Of a stretch of DNA of 64,000 nt, positions 46,424 through 55,838 are shown piece after piece. The stretch's first letter is position 1; every line of letters begins with the position of its first letter. The DNA lies in the NCBI GenBank assembly GCA_964537615.1, contig CAZIBX010000001.1, positions 1,929 to 65,928 of the forward strand. Direction: 5' to 3'. Position numbers and translations under genes: made by a program. This stretch comes from an uncultured Pseudomonadales bacterium. GTDB taxonomy: Bacteria > Patescibacteriota > Microgenomatia > UBA1400 > PJMF01. The notes below the pieces were generated by a model that saw nothing but the letters and a program-made list of their open reading frames with translations, searched no databases and was not told the DNA's origin.

Positions 46424-47812
46424 ATGACGGCCAAACCATCTTCCCAGTACGTTTGTCAGCAGTGCGGAGCCAAATTCTTGCGTTGGAGCGGTCAGTGTAG
46501 TAGCTGTAATGCGTGGAATACTCTGGTTGAAGAGGTAACTACGCCGGTTAATAAGCACAAAACGGCATCTGGTACAGCTCCAGCCGCTACTGCAATCAGT
46601 TTAAACCAGATCTGGCAACCATCCAGTCCGGCTTCACGATTATCGACGGGCTTGGCCGAGTTTGATCGGGTGTTGGGTGGTACATCTCCTGGTTTGGTAC
46701 CTGGCATGGTAGCTTTGCTGGGTGGTTATCCGGGTATCGGCAAAAGTACTCTGGTGACTCAAGCCATTTTACAAATTTTAAGCCAAAATCCAGATTTGGG
46801 CCCGATAGTTTATATCGCTGGTGAGGAAAATCCAGACCAGATTGTGTTGCGGATCAAGCGTTTGTTGGCGGCCGGTGTTTTAAGTTCAGCCAAACTAACC
46901 AAAAGTACGCTAGACCGAGTGAGTTTCATCACCACTACGGACGTGGATAGTGTTATCGCGTCTCTGGATCAAGTCAAACCTTGTCTAGTAATCATCGATA
47001 GTATTCAGACTTTAACTACCACAGACTTATCTGGCGGTGCCGGCTCTGTCGGGCAGGTCAAGGAATCGGCCAATCGCCTGACAACTTGGGCTAAACAAAC
47101 TTCTGTACCCATGATCTTAATCGGTCACGTGACCAAAGAAGGTCAGTTGGCTGGCCCGATGGTTTTGGAGCACATGGTTGATACGGTTATCGAGTTGACA
47201 GGAGAGAGAACCAGCGACTTACGTTTACTGCGGGCGCTCAAAAACCGGTTTGGCCCGACTGATGAAGTCGGAGTTTTTCACCTGACGCAGGCCGGACTGC
47301 AGGGAGTAGACAATCCCAGTCAGTTTTTTTTACAACAAAGACTAGCCGAGCCCGGATCGGTGGTGGCAGGAGTGATGGAGGGGACTAGGCCACTTTTGAT
47401 TGAGGTACAAGCGCTTGCCGTACCTTCACATTTACCCACTCCCAGGCGAGTAGGTAGGGGAGTGGAACTATCCAGGATTCAGGTTTTGTCGGCGGTACTG
47501 CAAAAATTTTGCCATTTACCCACTGGCGAGAGTGATATTTTTGTCAGTGTAGCCGGTGGTTATGCCACCAAAGAACCCTCGCTTGATCTGGCGGTGGCAG
47601 TCGCCATCGCTTCATCTCTGCTCAATGTCAGCGTGCCTAACTCCAGTGTTTATGTGGGGGAGGTGGGTTTGTTGGGGGAGATCCGTAGCGTTCAGTTTTT
47701 GGATAAAAGGATCAAAGAAGCCAAACGTCTGGGTTTTTCTCGAGTCGTGACTCATCAAACTGACAAAACTCTGCGTGATGTTATATCCACGCTCAAAAAT
47801 TCTCGTCGCTAA
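46424..47812 (+). CDS. radA: DNA repair protein RadA/Sms
   Basis: C4 zinc finger (CQQCGAKFLRWSGQCSSCNAW), RecA-like Walker A (GGYPGIGKSTL), the KNRFG motif and a C-terminal Lon-like domain. Confidence 0.9.
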   Translation: MTAKPSSQYVCQQCGAKFLRWSGQCSSCNAWNTLVEEVTTPVNKHKTASGTAPAATAISLNQIWQPSSPASRLSTGLAEFDRVLGGTSPGLVPGMVALLGGYPGIGKSTLVTQAILQILSQNPDLGPIVYIAGEENPDQIVLRIKRLLAAGVLSSAKLTKSTLDRVSFITTTDVDSVIASLDQVKPCLVIIDSIQTLTTTDLSGGAGSVGQVKESANRLTTWAKQTSVPMILIGHVTKEGQLAGPMVLEHMVDTVIELTGERTSDLRLLRALKNRFGPTDEVGVFHLTQAGLQGVDNPSQFFLQQRLAEPGSVVAGVMEGTRPLLIEVQALAVPSHLPTPRRVGRGVELSRIQVLSAVLQKFCHLPTGESDIFVSVAGGYATKEPSLDLAVAVAIASSLLNVSVPNSSVYVGEVGLLGEIRSVQFLDKRIKEAKRLGFSRVVTHQTDKTLRDVISTLKNSRR

Positions 47813-48079
47813 AAGTGGTCAAAATCGGGTTTTTGGTCAGACCAACTTGGTTCTCTGCGTTTAGTTATCCATCACTTTGATTTGGTTTGTATGGTTTGAC
47901 GAAATGATTCAGCGTTTTTTTGAAATAGATGAAGTGGTGGTTGGTATCAAAATCAGGTTTTCCAAGGTTTATCCTAAGTCGTGATATCTGTGTGCATAAC
48001 TATTTTATTTTTGTCTGTAAATTAGCAGAAAAAAAAGTTATAAGATATCAATTTTTTAGCTAATTTATAATTATGGGTC

Positions 48080-48107
48080 TTGACATTGGTCAATCAGTAG
48101 TTATATA
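48080..48107 (+). promoter_or_regulatory. Candidate sigma70-type promoter for the 48181 ORF
   Basis: TTGACA at 48080–48085, a 16-nt spacer, then TATATA at 48102–48107. Confidence 0.3.
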
Positions 48108-48180
48108 GTTATCAATGTTGGACGAACCACAAACATTATTGCCCGCATGTCGGTGCGGGCCTGGGGATTGACAATCAATC

Positions 48181-48486
48181 TTGTTTTTTATTATTTTTAT
48201 TGGTATGGAAACGGGGACAAACCAAGATAGAGTCACAATTTTGACCGGCCAATTGAGAGTGGTTGAAAAGGAAAGATATGAGGCAGAAAAAATCATAGCG
48301 CAGTTAAACCAAGAACACTCAAGGTTATTTCAAATTTGGCACGGTGCAACAGACTCACAAGAGGCTGAACAAATATTAAGTCAAGTTAAAGCTCTTGATT
48401 TACAAATTGATCAAGCCCAAACCAAACTAGATGAACTAGAAAGACGTGAACGAGTACTAGCAGCTAATTTGTTGAATTTGCCATAA
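48181..48486 (+). CDS. Small coiled-coil hypothetical protein
   Basis: 101-aa ORF with heptad-like charged repeats (…QIDQAQTKLDELERRERVLAANLLNL). Confidence 0.4.
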   Translation: MFFIIFIGMETGTNQDRVTILTGQLRVVEKERYEAEKIIAQLNQEHSRLFQIWHGATDSQEAEQILSQVKALDLQIDQAQTKLDELERRERVLAANLLNLP

Positions 48487-48505
48487 CATAATTCCAAAAA
48501 ATATC

Positions 48506-49546
48506 ATGCTCAAATACAGTTTCTACAACGACTATTCAGAAGGGGCACACCCCAAGATTTTGCGATTATTGGAACAAACCAATGATCGTCAGGAAACGGG
48601 TTATGGATTGGACAGTTTTTGTCTGCAGGCCTCCGAGTTAATTAAGAAGGCGGTTGGGAATCAAGCTGTGGCGGTTCACTTTGTCTCTGGTGGAACCCAG
48701 GCCAACTTGATTTGTTTGAGCTCCATGCTGAACTCGTATCAGGCGGTGATCGCTCCTACATCTGGTCACATCAGTTTGCATGAGGCCGGCGCCATCGAGT
48801 CCACTGGTCACAAAATTATTGAGATTAAGGTTGAAGCCGGCAAGTTGACAGTAGACGAGATTCAAAAAATCGTCAAAGACCACGAGGACGAACACATGGT
48901 CCAGCCCAAGGTGGTCTCGATTGCCCAACCCACCGAGCTGGGGACACTTTACTCCAAAGCAGAGTTGACGGCTATATCCCAGTACTGTCATCAACACGGT
49001 CTGTACTTATATCTGGACGGGGCCCGACTTGGTTCGGCTTTGTGTAGTTCTGAAAATGACTTGACTTTGCCAGAGATCGCCCAGTTGGTAGATATGTTTT
49101 ACATCGGTGGCACCAAAAACGGAGCACTAATTGGTGAAGCGATTGTGATCTGTAGTCCTGATTTACAAAAAAACTTCCGGATTCACATCAAACAACGTGG
49201 CGCGCTACTGGCCAAGGGTAGGTTGATGGGACTGCAGTTTATGGCTTTGTTTACCGATAATCTGTACTTTGATCTAGCCAAACATGCCAACGCTCTGGCG
49301 ACTAAGTTGGTCAAAGGCATGTCTGATCTGGGATTTAAATTTTTGGTTGAATCAAGCACCAATCAGATTTTTCCGATTTTACCCAACTCTTTGATAGAAA
49401 AGTTACAAAAAGATTATGGCTTTTATGTTTGGTCTAAGGTCGATGAAGATCACTCGGTTATCCGGCTCGTCACCTCATGGGTTACGCCGGAGGAAAAGGT
49501 GGATGAGTTTTTGAATTTTATAAGCCAAGCCAAGAAGCTTGAGTAA
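48506..49546 (+). CDS. ltaE: Low-specificity L-threonine aldolase (beta-eliminating lyase family, PLP-dependent)
   Basis: The N-terminal DNYSEGAHPKILRLL…GYGLDSFC…VHFVSGGTQANLI is typical of the threonine aldolase/beta-eliminating lyase fold. Length 346 aa. Confidence 0.7.
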   Translation: MLKYSFYNDYSEGAHPKILRLLEQTNDRQETGYGLDSFCLQASELIKKAVGNQAVAVHFVSGGTQANLICLSSMLNSYQAVIAPTSGHISLHEAGAIESTGHKIIEIKVEAGKLTVDEIQKIVKDHEDEHMVQPKVVSIAQPTELGTLYSKAELTAISQYCHQHGLYLYLDGARLGSALCSSENDLTLPEIAQLVDMFYIGGTKNGALIGEAIVICSPDLQKNFRIHIKQRGALLAKGRLMGLQFMALFTDNLYFDLAKHANALATKLVKGMSDLGFKFLVESSTNQIFPILPNSLIEKLQKDYGFYVWSKVDEDHSVIRLVTSWVTPEEKVDEFLNFISQAKKLE

Positions 49547-49562
49547 TTTTCGACGAAAAAAA

Positions 49563-49607
49563 GCATTATTATCGCTGGACGAAACCACGATTAACAATGC
49601 TTTTTTC
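49563..49607 (+). terminator. Rho-independent terminator after the threonine aldolase gene
   Basis: Stem GCATTATTATCG (49563–49574) pairs with CGATTAACAATGC (49588–49600), followed by TTTTTT. Confidence 0.55.
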
Positions 49608-49962
49608 TTGGTGAGCGAAAAACAAGCATCTTGTCGGAGATGCACGCTCAACAACGCAAACAATACCAATAAATCTTATCTTTGTAAATTGCTACTTTAT
49701 ATCTCAAACTACTGCGTTATACTATCAAACTGATGAAGGGTGAGTAGTGGAGGTTCGGTAGTTGGGCAGGCAGCCGGGCCTCTACTACCCACCTTTTATT
49801 TTTAAAATCCTACAATCAAATTACGCCCCATAATCTGGGTTTTTTGGTCAATTTTTTATTTTGGAGTCATTGATTAAAATTGGTGTTTATATCCTTACAC
49901 ATTTTTTCTATGATAAATCAGGTCGAAGTGATATTAGTTAGAGTTAGTTTTTTGACAAATTT

Positions 49963-51090
49963 ATGACAAACAAGCGCGCACAAGAGCAAAGTAGTGGTAG
50001 ATCAACGCCAGATTTTACTCAAGTTAATCCCGCCGCCCAGTGGTTGGTTAATAAAATGAGAAGATTGTTGCTTGGTTGGGGTCGAGTCAGCTATGAACTT
50101 TCTAGTCCTAAGATAGAACAATCTCATTTTATGGATCAAGGTCTGAAAAGCGTAGAAGTAAATGGCACTCGCTTGTCGTACTTGGAAGCCGGTAATCCCA
50201 AGAGTGAAAATAAGTATTGTTTAATTGCTGGCTGGCCAATTTCAGCTCCCAGCTGGGCTTTGTTAATGCAGGAAATGACTCCACCTGATGCCGATATTCA
50301 TTTGGTAGCCATTACTTTGCCCGGATTGGGGTCGTCTGATCCGATTGTTAATCGCCGAGGTGATATGGACATCAACCGAGACAGTTTAATTACAACTCTT
50401 AAGTCAGCTATAGGTGTAATTTTTAACCAAAATCAAGACAATCAGTCAGATAGGGACGTGCCAATCAACATTATTGGCCACTCAACCGGGGCTTTATTAG
50501 CGATGGTTTTGTTGGAAAAATATCCAGACAAAATTAAAGACATTACGGTCATGGCTCCTCCCTGGAGTCAGGAAAATCGAGACCAAATTCTTAATCACCA
50601 CTTACCTAGAACGGCGCTGTATAAGTTTTTGCGGTCACAACAATGGGTTCTGGCTTTGGCTAGAAAAAATACAATTCACAATTTGGTTTCTGGTTTTATG
50701 TTGGATGTTTATAAACAAAAATATGGTTATTTAACGACTGACCATCAAGAGTTTTTAAGTAAATTGGTTGCTGATATGGAAAAAATGCACATGCAGGCGG
50801 CTTTGCAGTTGGCCAGTGTTGTGCTGGAAGGAGGAGATTGGATTGATATCGGTAAAATTAAGGAGGTTTTGGCCCAAGGTGGGCATCAGATTAAGTTGGT
50901 TTTTGGTCAACACGATAGGGCAGTTGATCCCACTACTACCAGAGCTTTGTACCAACAGTTAACTAATCAAAACACCGGTGATCCGAATAATTTCGGAATA
51001 ACCTCGGTGGTGCTAGTAGAAGTCCGGGGGGCCGGTCACGATATGGTATTCTCGCACACGGCTCAACTAGCAGATATTGTTTTATCATGA
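49963..51090 (+). CDS. Alpha/beta-fold hydrolase
   Basis: Nucleophile elbow IIGHSTGALLAMVLL (G-H-S-x-G). C-terminal GAGHDMV contains the catalytic His. Length 375 aa. Confidence 0.65.
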   Translation: MTNKRAQEQSSGRSTPDFTQVNPAAQWLVNKMRRLLLGWGRVSYELSSPKIEQSHFMDQGLKSVEVNGTRLSYLEAGNPKSENKYCLIAGWPISAPSWALLMQEMTPPDADIHLVAITLPGLGSSDPIVNRRGDMDINRDSLITTLKSAIGVIFNQNQDNQSDRDVPINIIGHSTGALLAMVLLEKYPDKIKDITVMAPPWSQENRDQILNHHLPRTALYKFLRSQQWVLALARKNTIHNLVSGFMLDVYKQKYGYLTTDHQEFLSKLVADMEKMHMQAALQLASVVLEGGDWIDIGKIKEVLAQGGHQIKLVFGQHDRAVDPTTTRALYQQLTNQNTGDPNNFGITSVVLVEVRGAGHDMVFSHTAQLADIVLS

Positions 51091-51842
51091 AAATCGTCTC
51101 TCTCAATCTCTGGAACGGCGGGCGCTTATTTGATCAAGCTAGGGATTTTTTGGTTAGTCAAAATGCAGATATTTATTTGTTGCAAGAAGTCTACAATGGA
51201 CACGGCACAAACTTAGAAGCTAGATTTCGGACGGCCGATTTACTACGCCAGACTTTCTCCAATTATGACCACTTTTTTGCCCCCTTTTATTTAGACACCC
51301 GGCCCAAAGAAGGCAAGATTGAAGACGGTCAATTGATGATTTCCCGCCGGCCTTTGTCCAATCAACAAATGATTTGGTTTGATGTGCCGTTTGGCGAGTA
51401 TGACATCGATGCCATGACCGATTTTTCTAACTCACCGGCCGGTGTGCAAAAAGCCCAGGTTGAGTTTGAAGGCAAAAACATAACTTTATTAAACGTTCAT
51501 GGGCCTTGGAATTTGGATGGTTTGGCTGATACAACCAGACGCCAGACGATGCGGGACAAGCTTCTGGCCGAGGCAGGGGAGTACACGATTATGGCCGGCG
51601 ACTTCAATGCTCAAACTGATGCACCGGCTATGCGTGATCTGGGCAAAGAATTAGTTAATGTTTTTGGTCACAATCAAGCCACCAGCTTTAATTTGTCCAG
51701 AAAAGACCTGGATAAGTTTCCAGGATACGCCACTGCGGTGGTGGACATGATGTTTGTCACCCCCAATTTACACATAATATCCAAACAAATGCCCCAAGTA
51801 GATGTATCAGATCACTTGCCTTTGGTGGTGGAAGTAGAGTAA
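51087..51842 (+). CDS. Endonuclease/exonuclease/phosphatase (EEP) family protein
   Basis: N-terminal MKIVSLNLWNGG and C-terminal SDHLPLVVEVE are hallmark EEP motifs. Overlaps the previous gene by 4 nt. Confidence 0.75.
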   Translation: MKIVSLNLWNGGRLFDQARDFLVSQNADIYLLQEVYNGHGTNLEARFRTADLLRQTFSNYDHFFAPFYLDTRPKEGKIEDGQLMISRRPLSNQQMIWFDVPFGEYDIDAMTDFSNSPAGVQKAQVEFEGKNITLLNVHGPWNLDGLADTTRRQTMRDKLLAEAGEYTIMAGDFNAQTDAPAMRDLGKELVNVFGHNQATSFNLSRKDLDKFPGYATAVVDMMFVTPNLHIISKQMPQVDVSDHLPLVVEVE

Positions 51843-51971
51843 AAAATTGACACAGATGATAACTGGAGTACAATAAGCCCTGTTCTCCGCTTTTTATATA
51901 CTTTGGCTAGATTTTTTTGCTCATGCATCTTTATTTCCGTATCAGGTAGCTATTGAGGAGGGTCAATTATC

Positions 51972-53402
51972 ATGACCAGTGACAACAAACCCAAAACTAG
52001 AAAACTGCCACCCGTTGAGCCACTAAAAGCTCACAAGGCAGTTACGCCTCCTATTCCTACACCATCAACCGCCGCTCCAGACGTTGACAAGTCCCAATCG
52101 CCGGTCAGCTCGTCTGTCAGCGAACCTGCTCCGGTTACGCCTTTACCCACTCCCACCCCGCCACCTGTGATTGAGCCTTCATCTAAGTCAACACCTACAC
52201 AGTCGGCTGCACCCACATCGGTAACACCTCAACCTTCACCGGTGCGCAGTATGCCCACTTTTGCTACAGAAAGTGTCGGCACAATTACCGGCGTTTTGGA
52301 TTTGTCCAGAGAAGGTCATGGGGTAGTGCGTGAGGGTTACAGCGAGGATGACAACGATGCTTATATTTCTACTGCCTTGGTCCGGCGCTTTAACCTCCGA
52401 CCGGGTGATGTGGTGACCGGGCCGGTACGCCGACCCAAAGATAACGAGCGCTACTACGGCCTGATCAACATCGACAAAATCAATGGTTTGGATCTGGATG
52501 AGTGGATGAAAAAAGGCCCCCGAGTCAGATTTTATAAACTGACGCCGGTTTATCCCGACTCCCAGATTAAACTGGAAATTGGTGATGAACCACTATCACT
52601 GCGTATCATCGATCTGGTTGCCCCGATCGGTAAAGGTCAGCGGGCACTGATTGTGTCACCGCCTAAGGCGGGTAAAACCACTTTGCTCAAAGACATCGCC
52701 ACCGGTGTCGCCAAAAACCACCCCGAAATTCACGTCATGGCGGTTTTGGTGGGCGAGAGACCAGAGGAAGTGACTGACATCAGGCGTCATATCGACAAAA
52801 TTACTGCCGGCAAAGGTGAGGTGGCGGCCAGCAACTTTGATGAATCAGCCAAAGACCAGTGTCGAGCTGCCGAGCTGGCCTTGGAAAGAGCCAAAAGAAT
52901 GGTCGAAATGGGTCAAGATGTTTTAATTTTACTGGACTCCATCACTCGGTTGGCTCGAGCTTATAATCTAGCCATTCCGACTTCTGGCAGAACTTTGTCA
53001 GGTGGTTTTGATCCGGAGGCGTTATTTCCGCCCAAGCAGTTTTTTGGGGCGGCCCGCAACTTCGAGGTGCCGGGTAGCTTGACGATTGTTGGTACGGCCC
53101 TAGTCGATACGGGATCAAGAATGGATGATCTGGTTTATGAAGAGTTCAAAGGTACCGGCAATCAGGAAATTCACTTATCCCGCAAACTGGCTGAACGCCG
53201 GATTTATCCCAGTATCGAAGTCCAGAAGTCTGGTACCAGGCGCGATGATTTGTTGATGGACTCGATGACTTACCAATCCATCATTACATTACAACGCATG
53301 TTGGATATGATAGATAAAGAGGAACGGACCGTCACGCTGATCGAACAGATGAAGCGGACCAAAACCAACAAAGAATTTTTGGCCTCTCTCAAGGCAGGAT
53401 AA
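51972..53402 (+). CDS. rho: Transcription termination factor Rho with a Pro/Thr/Ser-rich N-terminal extension
   Basis: RNA-binding domain (…[26 protein letters not shown]…) and ATPase core with Walker [21 protein letters not shown]. The first ~95 aa are PT-rich low complexity. Confidence 0.9.
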   Translation: MTSDNKPKTRKLPPVEPLKAHKAVTPPIPTPSTAAPDVDKSQSPVSSSVSEPAPVTPLPTPTPPPVIEPSSKSTPTQSAAPTSVTPQPSPVRSMPTFATESVGTITGVLDLSREGHGVVREGYSEDDNDAYISTALVRRFNLRPGDVVTGPVRRPKDNERYYGLINIDKINGLDLDEWMKKGPRVRFYKLTPVYPDSQIKLEIGDEPLSLRIIDLVAPIGKGQRALIVSPPKAGKTTLLKDIATGVAKNHPEIHVMAVLVGERPEEVTDIRRHIDKITAGKGEVAASNFDESAKDQCRAAELALERAKRMVEMGQDVLILLDSITRLARAYNLAIPTSGRTLSGGFDPEALFPPKQFFGAARNFEVPGSLTIVGTALVDTGSRMDDLVYEEFKGTGNQEIHLSRKLAERRIYPSIEVQKSGTRRDDLLMDSMTYQSIITLQRMLDMIDKEERTVTLIEQMKRTKTNKEFLASLKAG

Positions 53403-53404
53403 CT

Positions 53405-54535
53405 ATGTCACGGCCACGCGCCCAGACTCCAGGACAAATCTTAATAGCTGATATCAGGGCTTTTGGTCGATTTTTGTATTGGTATAGTAAAAATCGTAGT
53501 TACCGCTGGTTCGTCCGGTTTGAGTCGGTCAAGGACATCCTAGTTGATGTGTTATATAAAAAAAGAGGGCGTTATGGTCGGCCAGTTCTACATGTGGCTA
53601 CGATTGGCTTAGTTTTTGCTGTGATGTCGATGGGACCTTTGGTCTTTAATCAGGGCGAGGAAAGTCAAAATCAACAAGCCGGCAGAACCCTTTTGGCCAA
53701 CAATGTTTATGGTTCCAGTTTTTATACCCAGCAGGCAGAGGAAGTCCGCCAGTTCCGAGGTGGTCAAGTCATCACTCACACCGTGGCTGAAGGCGACACG
53801 GTCAGTTCTATCGCTACCAGATATGGATTACAGCCAGATACCATCATTTGGGAAAATAATTTAGCCAAAACCGCCAAACTTAAACCGGGTGACGAGCTAA
53901 GGATTTTACCTCTGGATGGTGTACGTCACAAAGTCAGTCGGGGTGAAACGATTTACTCGATCGGCAAAAAATATGGGTTGGAAGGATCTGAAGTCCAGGT
54001 GATAGTCGACTATCCTTTTAATGAGTTTCTCAACGATGAGACGTTTGAGTTGGCGACAGGTCAGTGGTTGATGGTACCAGATGGTACTATGCCGACAGCT
54101 GTGGCTGGTAGTCAGCCGGGATTGCCGGGCCGGACTGTGGTCAAAACCCCAGACGCGGGTAGTGTGACGGCTACCGGCAACTTCGTTTGGCCGGCAGCCG
54201 GCGGTATTTCCCAGGGATATCGGTTCTATCATAAAGCTATCGATATTGCCAACAAATCTGGCGGTCCGATTTTAGCTGCCGACTCTGGTACCGTGGTAGT
54301 GGCTGGTTGGGTCGATAACTCCGGTTATGGTAACCGCATCATGATCGATCACGGCAACGGTTATGTCACCCTATATGGCCACTTGAGCGTGGTTCAGGTC
54401 AGTGTGGGGCAGAGAGTTAATAGAGGTGATGTCATCGGTCAGATGGGTTCCACCGGCCGGTCAACCGGTACCCACTTACACTTCGAGATTCGTCAGGGTA
54501 GTGTTTTATTAAGTCCGCTATCATTTTTACAGTAA
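53405..54535 (+). CDS. LysM-domain M23 peptidoglycan endopeptidase
   Basis: N-terminal TM, two LysM-like repeats (HTVAEGDTVSSIATRYGL…; HKVSRGETIYSIGKKYGL…), and a C-terminal M23 domain (MIDHGNGYVTLYGHLS…GSTGRSTGTHLHFEIR). Confidence 0.8.
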   Translation: MSRPRAQTPGQILIADIRAFGRFLYWYSKNRSYRWFVRFESVKDILVDVLYKKRGRYGRPVLHVATIGLVFAVMSMGPLVFNQGEESQNQQAGRTLLANNVYGSSFYTQQAEEVRQFRGGQVITHTVAEGDTVSSIATRYGLQPDTIIWENNLAKTAKLKPGDELRILPLDGVRHKVSRGETIYSIGKKYGLEGSEVQVIVDYPFNEFLNDETFELATGQWLMVPDGTMPTAVAGSQPGLPGRTVVKTPDAGSVTATGNFVWPAAGGISQGYRFYHKAIDIANKSGGPILAADSGTVVVAGWVDNSGYGNRIMIDHGNGYVTLYGHLSVVQVSVGQRVNRGDVIGQMGSTGRSTGTHLHFEIRQGSVLLSPLSFLQ

Positions 54536-54545
54536 GAAGGAAGTT

Positions 54546-55769
54546 ATGGTTGACTGCGTTCAGTTTATAGCTCAAGCCGGCGACGGCGGTCATGGTCGAG
54601 TCTCCTTTTTGCGCGACAAGATGAGTCCCAAGGGTGGTCCAGATGGTGGCTGGGGTGGTGATGGTGGTCAGATTTGGATAGAAGCATCCAGCCAGTTGGC
54701 TACTCTGGCTCATTTGTCTGGAGTTAAACAAATCACTGCTTCTGCCGGCAATCCCGGCGGCAGTCAAAATCAAAGAGGCAAAAATGGTCAAGACCAGACT
54801 ATTTTGGTGCCCATTGGGACTTTGGTTTGGGTTTTTAGTCAAAACTCTATCGCCAGCTTTCGCCAGCGGGTTTATCAAGATCAAGTTATCCCGCGTGACC
54901 AGCAACATCTTAAACAGTACCATCTGGTCAAACCGGGTAGTCCGCCCCCGCCTGACGATCAAACTAACAGACATCAACTTAATTCAGTTTTAAATCCCGA
55001 TAATCATCTGGCACAAGCCGAGTTAAAAAATAAAAAAACATCGGTTTACGGAGTTTATTTGACAGAATTGACGACAGAGGGGCAAAAATATTTACTCTGT
55101 CAGGGTGGGTATGGGGGAAGGGGCAACACGGCTTTCAAAGGCCCGGCTATGCAGGTGCCCATGATGGCGGAGTGGGGCGGTCCAGCCGAAGTCAAGGAAG
55201 TAGTTTTGGAGTTGAAGCTTCTGGCTGATGTGGCTTTTGTAGGCCTGCCTAGTGTCGGTAAAAGCACTTTATTATCCGCTCTGACTCCAGCCAGACCCAA
55301 GATCGCCAGCTATCCCTTTACCACTCTGGAGCCCCAGCTGGGAGTTTTGCGCCATGATAACAAAGAGTGGATACTAGCCGATATTCCCGGTGTCATCAAA
55401 GATGCTCATCTGGGCAAAGGTTTGGGTATCCAGTTTTTACGTCATTTAGATCGTTGTGCCGGTTTATGTTATGTCTTATCACCGGAGGAATATGAAGTCC
55501 TGCAAAACCCTGATCCGACAGATTTGGCTCGTATTTTGATAGATCAACTCCAACTTCTCCAGAAAGAATTGGCTTATCATGATCAAGCTTTGGTTGCCAA
55601 ACCATACTTGGTGGTTATCTCCAAAGCCGATCTCTACCCATTACCACTGCGTCAACAAGTTTTGCATGCTTTGACAGATCAAAACGTTTCAGCCACCTTT
55701 GTCAGTGCGCCACTACATGAGGGAACAGATGAGTTGGTCAAGCAGTTAATTGCTTTTTCGCCTCGATAG
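54546..55769 (+). CDS. obg: GTPase Obg/CgtA
   Basis: Obg fold N-terminus (FIAQAGDGGHGRVSFLRDKM…GGPDGGWGGDGG). G1 is GLPSVGKSTLLSALT and G3 is DIPG. A ~90-aa insertion sits between the Obg fold and the G domain. Confidence 0.85.
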   Translation: MVDCVQFIAQAGDGGHGRVSFLRDKMSPKGGPDGGWGGDGGQIWIEASSQLATLAHLSGVKQITASAGNPGGSQNQRGKNGQDQTILVPIGTLVWVFSQNSIASFRQRVYQDQVIPRDQQHLKQYHLVKPGSPPPPDDQTNRHQLNSVLNPDNHLAQAELKNKKTSVYGVYLTELTTEGQKYLLCQGGYGGRGNTAFKGPAMQVPMMAEWGGPAEVKEVVLELKLLADVAFVGLPSVGKSTLLSALTPARPKIASYPFTTLEPQLGVLRHDNKEWILADIPGVIKDAHLGKGLGIQFLRHLDRCAGLCYVLSPEEYEVLQNPDPTDLARILIDQLQLLQKELAYHDQALVAKPYLVVISKADLYPLPLRQQVLHALTDQNVSATFVSAPLHEGTDELVKQLIAFSPR

Positions 55770-55838
55770 TATCAGCTAGCTATTTTTACACCCACGTCTG
55801 TTTTAACTAAGTCGGCTGGGTTACATACAGACTCAATT

